Assembly (NCBI GenBank): GCA_032718475.1
Contig: JAUCBJ010007163.1
Location: 1 to 64,000 of the forward strand
DNA from: Nemertoderma westbladi
Lineage: Eukaryota > Animalia > Xenacoelomorpha
DNA: 64,000 bases
Reading direction: 5' to 3'
The notes below the pieces were generated by a model. That model was not told the DNA's origin. It did not search any database and worked only from the letters and a program-made list of their open reading frames with translations. Of this stretch, positions 12,708 through 23,813 are shown in pieces; within the stretch, counting starts at the first letter, position 1, and every line of letters starts with the position of its first letter. The translations under genes were made by a program, and so were the position numbers.

Positions 12708-14328
12708 ATCTGCTATCTGAGTTTATTAATATCAATATGAGTTAATATTTTAGGCAAGCGGGCGTCGCTGCCTACTAGGCTTTGCCCCCGGACAGTGGGT
12801 TTCTCAGCGCCGATGTACCGCTGTCGCAGTGTTTACGCCAACATGTAGCAACAGCACGACAACGATAACCGGCACAAGTCCCACCACTGTCCGTCCCAAA
12901 GGCTTGAATCCACTTGAGGTTATCTCGGTAGAGTTAGGGCTATTTTACAATTGCGATTAGCTACTGTAAACACACTTTAGTAGTAACATTCACCTATAAA
13001 CGCACAAATTCCATACAATCATTACTTACTGCACACATGCATACCATTTGTCCGTTAGTCAGTGTCTTCCAGAATGTCACGTATTTACTATGTATCCTTG
13101 GATACTAATAGTGCGCTATGTATACTCTTATGCTACGCAATGGGGCAAGCCTTTTATTGTTCTTTTAACTTGCTTCTAATTCTAGCGTGGGTGTTGCCAT
13201 GGTGACATTATGGAAAACTAGCGGTAGAATTAGGGCAATCCTCATGCATACAGATCTGGGATGTTATTTAATAGTAATTCTTTAATTGTCAATATCCTCT
13301 TTATGCATGATTTTATAAATTTTATCGGCTATTGACTATATGTTGGAGATTCTCACACTCTAGCACACTCAATATGAATCTCCGCTCCCATGATCTATTA
13401 ATTACTGGAATTTTGGGAATGTTATAAATTGCACAAAATGACAATTTATGAAATTCATTCGAATATGAATTTAAATTTATTCCCGTGAATTTTATTATTT
13501 GATATTAAATTGACATAAATTTTATTCCAGAGCATATCTGGGGACTCAGGATCCTTAATTCTGTAAAATTTGTCTTTTAAGAGTATCGGTAAGTGCTACG
13601 ATATCTTAATCGACTAGAATTGTTAACGGATCTGAATTTTACAGATTTTAATAAATATTAAATTAATATTTAGGATGGGCACCAATTTATTCCAGAACTT
13701 GTCTGGGGACGTTAACCACTGATTCTAGAATTTGTCTTTCAAGTATATCGGTGGGTGCCACGATATCTTAATCGACTAGAATTACAGATGGTCAAAAGTT
13801 TAACAGATTTATTTGCGATTTACGCTACTGTTAGAGGGACATCACGCTACTATATGTATTATTTGTTATAAGGTAGAAGAGCAATATCGCACGAAGCAAT
13901 GTCAGTGTGAAGAGGCAAGTCGTTTCCAAGGTCTACCCAGAGCTTGGTTTAGCCGAGACACGAGGATCTGAACTTTGCATTCCTAATACTCTGCCTACCA
14001 ATAATACTTAAATATAGTAGTGGCTTTATTGTACTTTAAGAAGTACTGACATGTCATCTTACTATAGTCTCGCATTTATAATATAATACGGACAGTAAGG
14101 AAAGAGAAAATAATTACTTCTTGCCGTCGCACTAAATATATATTATAAGTAATTATGTACGTAATAAACACTAATATATTGCACTAATTTACTAAATATT
14201 CTAAAATAACATTTTACTAAATAAAATTAAAGAAAACGATTATAATAAAATTACATAATAATACATACATAAATATAAAATAAAAACAAATATAAAATGA
14301 TATAGTCACACGCCCACTCCATATGTTA

Positions 14329-15054
14329 TTACGTTATGGAGTCCCTAGATATTTGTCGGATTAGGGAAGTGGTCGTAGGAAGAGTATCTTGCCTTCCATA
14401 GTTTCCGGACAGTTTTCGGTCTCTTTCCAGTAAACATAAACGACTAGCTGGGCGATTGAGTTGTTGTGTTACTTTCTCCGCTCCCTTGGCCTGTCTACTC
14501 TCCGCCGTGGTAAGATGAGGAGGCCATTCTTCTTCTTCTTTACTTAAGGAGTCGGATCCACCTAACCAGCCTGGAGTATCTATCAGTTCTTGAGGAGTTG
14601 CTCCTCTGGAAGCGATGTCGGCTGGATTAATCGTCCCAAGGCAATGTCTCCATTGATCTACATTGGAGTTAATATCGTCATTATCTGAGGAGTATGGTGT
14701 TCCCTCAGTTGGGTCGTCCACATCACTGCTCTCCACTTCCCCCTTTACTTGGTATACCTGTTGTTGAGGTAATCTCTCTTTGAGAGTTCTACGGGAAGGG
14801 CCAGTGAAGTACCAACCTACTCTAGTTCTTACCGCATAGGTTTGTAGTGGCTGTGGTTGAGCAGGCCGTTTCTCTAATGGCTCGAGCGCCTCATGCGCGT
14901 TTTGGCCGATGAGTATTTGCACTCCAGGATAATCGGTTTGGAATCGAGGTATCTCAAGATGTTGGATGCACTCGTCCTCGTCCCAGTTATAAGGTTCTGC
15001 TTGAGTAGTAGCAAAGTTCTTTATAGCCACCATTTTTACTGACCTTATCGCTTG
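14329..15054 (-). pseudogene. Deleted pol remnant of copy A
   Basis: Collinear with copy D pol but jumps in frame from SDNDDI to QWRHC (RT and most of RNase H lost) and from AEKV to TQQLNRP (integrase lost). Confidence 0.9.
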
Positions 15055-16309
15055 CGTCCTTCTGGGCTCCTCTCTGATGACTCCGAGGCGCACCCATGAG
15101 GCGGACGCTGTCCCACCACCCTTGGGGCCAGTCCGACTGATGTTTTATCAGACCGGGCCGGAGGGTAGCCCGATGCTTCCCGGGTTCACTTTTCAATCCC
15201 CCGATCACACCGGCACAACTCGTCGGTGTAGCCAGATGGTCGGCTACTGTCAACTTGCTGTGGCCTGACTGTACATTGAGCCAACTCAGAGAGTCAACCG
15301 GCGGGTGGACCAGTCGATAGCGATCGAGCATCAAGGTCGCCCTTGAGCCAAACCGACGGTCTTGTCCCAAGTGGGCTTGCGCTACCCAACATGGAATATT
15401 GACCGTTTTCACCCGCCTCGCCGGCAGTATTGAGGGGAAGTCGGTTCCGCAAACAATACTGACTAGCTCGAAAGCTAGGAACAAGTAACCACTTACCAGT
15501 CACTGTACACGTGTACTCAATAGATGCTCACGAAATCAAGTACACAATGGTAAACACAAATCTGACGCATACCACGCACACACAGAGGACATAATCGGGG
15601 AGGACAAAATCGGTGACAAAATCAGAGGGGACAAAATTGTATAGACTGATAAAGAGTCTAGAGTACTTTATTTTACCGACAGGGTAAAAATAACTTTGTG
15701 TGCACAAAGTATGCTGGGGCGCAGTAAAATATGGTCCTACTAATAACCAGCGGCGACTGAACCAACCGGTAAGGGTTCCCATACCCACTCGCAGCGGCCA
15801 TACATACACTCACGTATACCACGTACACACACAAACCACAGATTCCAGAGTATCATTCACTCGGACCACACTACAACACCAACCCCTCCTTGCAGCCGAT
15901 ATTCCGGGTGCCACCTCCATTCCAATAGTAGTACCAACAGAATCATCAGAACCTGTCCATTCCGTGCAACACCTCCATTCCAATAGTGCTACCCTGGGAA
16001 AAAACACGTTTTGGCAACCGATTGGAGACAGTACAGAGTCTGGTCAACTCATACATACCAAACATAGACCTACCACATAAACCACAGATCACACTAAGCC
16101 ACCACCCCTACTGTGTACAGGACTGGCAGTACGGCAACAGGCCGACTAGACGGTACCACGGCACCATGTTGATTCATGGTTCGCTAGACACGAGGGCCTT
16201 CAGTAACTCCCTTGCACTATAGGAACAGATTTAACGTGCCCCCAGACTCTCACGAGTCCGCCGCCGCCTGTTCAAGGCACCCCTATAGAGACCTCACCTC
16301 CTTGGGTAC
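15055..16309. mobile_element. Unclassified ~1.25 kb insertion in the protease region of copy A
   Basis: Absent from copy D. Removing it restores LGTQ|AIRSVKMVAIK (copy D: LGEHSIRSVKMVAIK). Flanked by CTTG at 15051-15054 and 16310-16313. Confidence 0.75.
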
Positions 16310-19300
16310 CTTGTGTTCCTAACTTATCCTGGGGGGTGGACAACACACCTACATAGTAATCTGCCGTTAGGGTAGATTTCCAAACCTGCATAATTCCTGA
16401 CATATTCAATTTAGTCCGGAACTTGGGTTGTCCAGCAAAGATATCTTCGGCTAGTTCTTGATCGATGAATGTTCCTGTGCTGCCGGAGTCAAGTAGGGCG
16501 TTCACTATGTAACTCTTGTTGGGACCATGAACTCGAACTTGCACTACAGGAAATTCTCTTATTCCTATGTTGGAAGTTGGAACTTTCCAAGATGGTTGTT
16601 TGTCAAAAGGAGTTGGAGTAAACTCGTCAGTGTCATTTTCATCCGTAAGTGCTCGATACACTGTGGTATTTATTAGATAACAGGATTCGTTGGCATCGGA
16701 GAATTCGTCTGTATAGAATCCTTCCCACTCAGAACCTTGGTCAGTGTCGTTCACATCACTGAATTGTACATGTAATTCGGGCTCACTTACCTGACTCGGG
16801 TTGTCTCGTTCGAACTCACTGTGTAACAAAATGTGATGTTTCGCGCCACACTTTGCACACTTTGCGTCGGAGTAACAGGTTCGCCGTTGGTGTCCTGATC
16901 TGAGGCAATTATAGCATAACCGCTTATTCCACAGGACTGTACGTCTGTCTACAGGGGATTTCTTTAGAAATTCAGCACACGCACTCAAACGGTGAGGCCC
17001 GTCGCACAGCGCACATTTTGGTTTGATGTTACTCACCTTAACTTGGTTAACGTTATGCACTCTCGTTCTTTCTTCGGGCTTTCTTCCGTGAATTCTCTTA
17101 GGAGACGTAGGAGGAGTTGTTGTTACCTGTTCTCTCCTGTCACTGGTTCGAGACTTGTATTTACTTACGTCTTTATAGGTCTTGTTGTCATAGTAAGATT
17201 TTGCTGTGTCTTTCCCGCTGTCCTCTTCTTGAGAAGCTTGGCTTTCGCCGTCGTCAGTATAACACACTGGTATTATCCTTCTCCTAGAATCGGGTTTCTC
17301 ACTTACCTTATTTTCCGATGTTTTCTCTCTGGCCTGCCTTATGAGTTGTAATTTTACTTCACTATCTAAGAAAGACATGAGATCAGCCATGGTAGGACTT
17401 CGTCGTTGTTGTTCATTCATGTACAACACTTTCTTGTCCCAGCGTGTACATACTCCACCCTTTGGTAAAGTAGAGACTACGGCTCCAATAACCATGGAAC
17501 TCTGATATTCATGCGACTTACCTAACCAGTCCAGTTGTCTACAGATCTCTTGTATTTCATCGGAAAACTCTATAATCCCACTACTAAGGAAGTGTCGGGG
17601 GGCTACTAACTTTGTATACAAATACTTAGCTATGTTATCTTTGTTACCATACCTGATGTTTAATGTATCCCAAACTTGTCTTAATCCTTCTGGATGTCCA
17701 ATAAACTTTAACGCCATTAACTTGGGAGGTCCTTCCAAGCACTTGATGAGGAATCTAAGTTTCTCTCCGTTAGATAGTACAGAGTTCTGTATGCTATCTT
17801 TGTAATATTCGTTGAAAGGTAACCATTTCATCTCATCTCCATTGAATTTGACGATCTCTCCCACTTTGACCGCTTGGCGGGCTTCTGTTCTAGCCATCTG
17901 ACGCGTAAAGCTTTCTTGGGCCATCGTGTTATTTAATATCGAATTATCGGTATACAAATTTCTCGGATCATTATCAGGTCTATAGGGAATATCATTAATA
18001 ACAGGTCTATAATCACCCTTAATAGGGTTTGCTATAGGAGTTTCAAATTCACTAGCAGTATAGATGCGTGTAGGCTCCACACCTTGCGCATGTAATACTT
18101 CAGACCTAACGGGTTGACACAATGTTACAGGGGGCATTGGTATGCCTTTTTGTATATTGACTAATTTGTCGCGTTCTAGCGCGATACTTTGCTGCACTTC
18201 TTGCAACTCTGCTCTACCTTCCCTCACTGTTCCCTTAAGTTGGTGGACAGTCTCCTGCATCTGTCCTAACAGGAGATTCATCCCCCGCCGTCCCTCCTCC
18301 ACCCACTCAACCGCTGAAGCGGGAGTCGCCAACATAGTAGCGGGCTGACGCGGGACGACGGGAGACAAATTATTGATTTCTCTCTCTGCTATCTGGACAG
18401 GGGTATTTGAATGGACTGTTCCACCGGGTACAGGCAGTGTAGTGCTATGTAAAGGGAATTTAGAGTTAAGCTCTGGAAGTGTAGGGGTCTCTAGCACAGA
18501 AGTGACTTTGGGAACTACAGGCCTAATTATTTCAGGTTCATCGACTATAGTAGGGAGTCTTTTGACCTGGATAAATTGTTCTATGGGTTCTGCACTACCT
18601 AAATCTGTGCTATTTAGCTGTCTTTTAACAGCTGGGGGCAAATCAGGCAATTTACGACGGTAATATGTTTTTCTACGCCTACTTAGATGAGATCTATCTC
18701 CTCCGCCTTCAGGGTCGGTAGTATCGCCTTCTTCCGATGATGTGTACCCCTGGCGCTTGGGAGTAGATTTTCTCATCAGCTGCATTTGATTAGCCGTAAA
18801 CTGTTTATTTATACTGTCTTGCGTCTCTTGCAGCTTTTCCAACTCCAATTGGATAGTCGCCTCAGACGCTCTCCGTTCTGCTTCTGCCACTGTTGCCTTT
18901 CTTTCGGCTTCCGCCGTTTTTCTTTCTTCTTCTGCTTCTGCCGCTTTTGCCTTTCTTTCGGCTTCCGCCGTTTTTCTTTCTTCTTCTGCTTCTGCCGCTT
19001 TTGCCTTTCTTTCGGCTTCCGCCGCTTTTCTTTCTTCTTCTGCTTCTGCCGCTTTTGCCTTTCTTTCGGCTTCTGCTTCTTTTCTTTCTGCTTCTGCTTC
19101 CGCCGCCGCTGCTGCTGCTACCTTTCTTCTCTCTATCAGTTCTTTCTTTACTTGTTCTTCTCGGACTCTAATGAGGCGGAGTTTTTCATCACATTCAGCT
19201 TGGTTTGCAGCTAACATTTCGGCATCGATTGAGTCCAATATAAGCTTGGTTCCTTCACTATTAGGGGAAAGTCCATGCAGCCGTCTCCTCAACTCTTCGT

Positions 19301-20294
19301 CTCCTAGGAATCGCTGATAGTCGGACAAATAAATGTCGATAGCGTCTCTAGTTCGCGGTTTCTCGGCGGCCTCTTCGCTTTCTGCTTGAGAAAGGGTGAC
19401 ATCAGTTTGTTCTTCACAAGTTGATCTCTCAGCCAGCTGGGATTTCCACGTGGCCGTTTCCTGTACTTTGAGATCTACCCGATGTAGCCAAGTTTTGACA
19501 GCAACCTGCAGCGACGTGTCCTGTCTTCTTTTGGAAGTTTCCTCAAAGGCTGAGAGGATTAGTCGAATGCGTAGGGTTCTTTCACGTACTTGGTATAGCA
19601 GCTCTTCCTGCTCTTGAGGTCCTTGAAGTTGTCGAAACAGTTGTTCTTCCAAGCGCTCCAAGGAGCCGAAGAATCCCTGCACATATCCTGCTGCCGACCT
19701 CTTCCAAACAGCTGGATCCATTGTATCTTTTGCCACTCCCATCCTGTGTATATCTTCCCAAGTAGCCTCGGACATATCAAACGGAAGTCCGAGTCCGGGA
19801 AAGTTCCATTGTGATTCAACAATAGATATCAATTCTTCCCTGGCGTATCCCGCGTAATTATCTTGGGTCGCTCGCCTATTCTTCGCCCAGTCGGCTTGAT
19901 GTTCCTCCACCGCAATGAATATAGTAGTTAGCACTGCAGCAGGAAGAGTAAGAAGGGGGTCCGAGTAGACTTTATCAGACATCTGCACTCCATGTTCGGG
20001 AGTCAGCTCTACAGTATCAGAACTGCTGGAGCTATCGGGTCGCTGGGAAGTAGGTTCTTGACCAAGATGTTGCTGCGATAAGACAATTGCCTCTTGGTCC
20101 CGTTTTACCTGTGCCCTAGTGCCTATGATGGACCTATGGTGGACTAGCCTAGGGTCTGATACTACTGGAGGGATGACCTTTTTTACAGTATGAGGTGAGC
20201 CGAACTCCTCTCTTATTCGCTCCACACTCCTATCTGAATCACAGATAGTTGTATCGATCAGACTGTCCGACAGGTTTTGCTGAGTGTCAGACAT
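16310..20294 (-). CDS. BEL/Pao Gag-protease polyprotein of copy A (uninterrupted up to the insertion)
   Basis: KFNGD...W..F, EKLRFL...LEG, W..L..RYG (DUF1759-like); CALCDGPH..C, CYNCL..GH....C, CAKC..KHH..LH; ALLDSGSTGTFI. Contains a 45-nt EAERKAKAAEAEEERK tandem repeat at ~18880-19100. Confidence 0.93.
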
Positions 20295-21654
20295 GTTTAG
20301 TTATACAGTTGAATGTCTACTACTATAGTTTCAGTTAAAGCAAGTCGAGTAATTCAGTATGACCGCAAGCCTAGCGATTTATTACCGGTACCGTTACCCA
20401 GTGTAACGTGATATATACACAATATGTTAGAATACCGGTATGCTTATAATATATAAGTGTTATTACAGACTAGATTTGTCACAGAGTACCGGTATAATTT
20501 TAGCACAAATATATATATATATAGTAGGCCTATAATGAATACCGGTATACAGCTTACACTTATAGTATATAAGTATAATTCTGGACTAGAATTAATTACA
20601 GAGTACCGGTATGATTTCAGCTCAAATTTATAGAAATAAATATAATAAGCCTATGGTAAGTACCGGTATGTCAATTATTTTTAGAATAATTGAATTTCTG
20701 AATATTTTAGGGTTACTTAGTTACTTTAACTTACTTTATTACCGTTATTTAAGCAGTAGTCCAACTGACAGTGAGACCTAGTTGTTGTATGGCAGGCCTA
20801 CTATTTATAAATCGTTTGAGTTGATTTATAATAGATATATACCCGTTTAAAAAGGGGTTTTGACAATATTTGAAATAAATGTTATTATTTCTGGGGAAGT
20901 CACTACACAGAAGCTGAGCGCCTCTCAGTGAAGTGTTATTTATTTGACACTAAAACTGATAATTCTAATTTACCTAAGTTACTTAATACTACAAATTACT
21001 TACGATACGGGTGAGATCAATTCTCTAATTAAACACAACAAAATATTACGTACGAAATTTTTAGGGTAATTTTACAGGAAGTCTACAAACCAGTCCAACA
21101 AAGGGTTAGATTTCTGGCTATTACAAAGGACAGGGTACTACGGTATTTAAATAATAAGTAGTAGAAAATATATTGTACTGTCCAGATAGGAAAATACCAC
21201 CGCCTGACGACCTATAACCGTATCGCTATAGGTACTACGTTATGTATCACGGATTGTTCCTACCCAGAAGCTAATAGAGCTAACGAATGTGCCTATCAAC
21301 CACTTTACAACACAAATATACTGCCTACACTAATTACTTCGGAAGGCACTGTACACTAAACCCTAAATTAGGTACAAGTACCGGTATAACAAATAATCAG
21401 TAGTTAAATATACTTGAACAGTTAAAAGAACCACGGCATCTGCTGGAGTGACCGAAGCACAAAGTCGTCAGTCTTTACCTACGCCAAGCAGCCCTGATGT
21501 AGTACCGGGGTTAGTTTAACTATAACGGTATGTATAACAAGCACAATTACTGTAGGAATAAACTTGGGGACATGAATGTTGCGAATAATCGCATAAACTC
21601 TGAATAATAAATATTACGCTACCCGCACAGAATACTCAAACAAATACAAACCAA

Positions 21655-22170
21655 ACGCTGGCAGACTACTATTAAGCCTAAACAAACTACTGTATGTGCA
21701 GATTCTGAAACTGTTAGTTAGTATGCGTTCTAACACGGTAGTACGACTTACTCTTTAAGAGGGGATTGACCTTACCGCTTATGGCTGCCCCAACTTACTA
21801 ACGGCACTTGATCAGACCAACTCTACACACGCAGCAATCCCTTCAGACCTAAAAATAGCTAGACAACAATCCAGCCTACAAATATTTGAGTAATACTATT
21901 ACGGTACCTGAACAGACCACACAAACAAACACAGGCTAAAACACTGGCAGACTACGATCAAGCCTAAATAAACTACAGTATATGCAGACTCTGAAACTGT
22001 TAGTTAGTATGCGTTCTAACACGGTAGTACGACTTACTCTTTAAGAGGGGATTGACCTTACCGCTTATGGCTGCCCCAACTTACTAACGGCACTTTATCA
22101 GACAAACTCTACACACGCCGTAATCTCTCCAAACCCAACCACAGTCAGACAGCAGCTCAGCCTACAATTA
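21655..22170. repeat. ~285 bp tandem duplication in the copy A leader
   Basis: CTGGCAGACTAC...CAGCCTACA occurs at ~21658-21880 and ~21943-22165. Single copy in C (~46430-46680). Confidence 0.85.
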
Positions 22171-22554
22171 TCTGAACAATCTGAGCAGGGTCACACGCCT
22201 TCTGCTCAATATTAGCCTACTAGGAAATAAAACTGACAGAAATAAGTAAGCTCCAAAAGAAACAAGGGGTGTACAGTCCCTAATCTCTTAAACAGCCTAC
22301 CGGTATACAATAATCAAAATCGAATAATACTAAATGTACTTGTACAGCAGTACCGGTACCGGTGATGACAGTTAGGCCTACTGACCTACAAAGTACCGGT
22401 TCAGTTTTACCGGTCACTACGGTATTTTGCAACCTTATTGCCTACTGCAATAAGATTGTAAACTGTTACTGTTCGACAGAACAGTATTTTACTGTATTTA
22501 ATGCCTACACTTGCAACCTTATTGCTTACTGCAATAAGATTATTAAACTGTTAC

Positions 22555-23813
22555 TGTTCGCGCTTTTGAAGACCTTTAGCAGTTTAACCTGCCAAAATTT
22601 ATATGTCTTTTAGTTAATTAAAACCACTTTAGCATACGACAATAATTTATGCTAATACGCAAAACATTAGCCGAAGTCAGCCCATGCGCGATCATTCACC
22701 CGATGGATCTACACCCGGGAGACTGAATTCGGATGCTTGAATTGTATTATTACAGTGTAAGGTTGCAGTGTATACCTAATGTATTATTCGATAGATCGTT
22801 AATAATTAATCTCTGACAGATATTATTGGCTTTCGGGAAATATTAACAGTTCCTTTAGGACGTGGCGCTTTATCTATTTAAACAGAACTAAGACTTATAC
22901 TAAAACGCAACGATACTGCTTATGATTAAAGTATAAAGCGTATTCTTTAGGAAATACTTTGTTACCAATCACGATCATACACACTATTCTGCCGACAGTC
23001 AGTACATTTGATCACACATAAAGAGAGCAGTAATTGACTCACGTAGGGTCTGCTAAATAACATTGGATTCAATACACACCACATTAATATAAATCGCAAT
23101 TGTTATGTATAGCCGGTCTCTCTAACCTGTAGTGTTATCAAGAAAATTGGGAATTGGGTGATTTATCCGTATTATCCAAATAGCAATATTTCCATCAACA
23201 AATAGGTACAATTAATAACTGACGGTAAAATAACAGTACAAGCAATATGATTAATGCAATTAAATTAAGTGAGTTAATGCTGTCTTTCGATTTGATTGAT
23301 TAATTAATTAAGATTTGTTTCGGTAACAGTTTATACTTTCGATAATTCAAGCAGTTTACTAGAGTTCTTCCCAAAAGGCCGGTGTTTCTGGCTTAGACAG
23401 CAATAACAACAAAGTAACAAGAAAAAACAGTAAGACTGAACACTCTCCTTATGATCGACTAAAAGCTACACGTCGACAGGAAAAATCGCTCTGATTGGCT
23501 CAAGCCAAACAAAGAACCTTGCATCTAATGGCTGTTTCCATGTCAGCAACCAGCTGCTAGATGTCGTAATATGAATTATCACGGCTAAGCTATGAAAGGT
23601 AGTTGATGCATTACAGGTTTTTTGCCTTACCATGTCCGCCAAAACACGTATATAGCAGAATGATTTTTATGTCCGTTAAAACACCTGTAAAGGTACCTTG
23701 CGGGCGAGGGGAATATATATACAGTTAGAAAACCTTTTTAGAGTATTCCAGCGCCTGGGGGGGAACTGGCCAGCAAAGGCAAACGTATCAGTTATCCCAC
23801 AAAAGCTTTTACA
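22555..23813 (-). repeat. 5' LTR of copy A
   Basis: Direct repeat of 9930-11179 with identical termini. Confidence 0.93.

Larger units (their letters stand above)
9930..23813 (-). mobile_element. BEL/Pao LTR retrotransposon copy A (non-autonomous; RT, RNase H and integrase deleted; carries accessory ORF)
   Basis: Two ~1.25 kb TG...CA direct repeats, gag with DUF1759-like region, triple Cys-His array and LLDSGS protease, and a purine tract GGGAGCGG before the 3' LTR. Confidence 0.92.

Noticed and set aside
15070-15100. CTGATGA hammerhead-core candidates (also near 15945 minus and 21495)
   Set aside because: No correctly placed stem II plus GAAA and stem III.
15392-15480. Possible HDV-like ribozyme (CCG-CCTCGC-CGG with AATATTG/CAGTATT)
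   Set aside because: L3 is too short, there is no G-U/G-C at the cleavage-site pair, and no convincing P2 or J4/2 could be built.
18786-19214. Phe/Cys/Leu-rich ORFs resembling membrane proteins
   Set aside because: Antisense readings of the EAERK tandem repeat in gag.
23676-23813. C-terminus of ORF 23676-24791 and plus-strand ORFs at 11064 and 23698
   Set aside because: Read-through into LTR sequence, not genuine coding.
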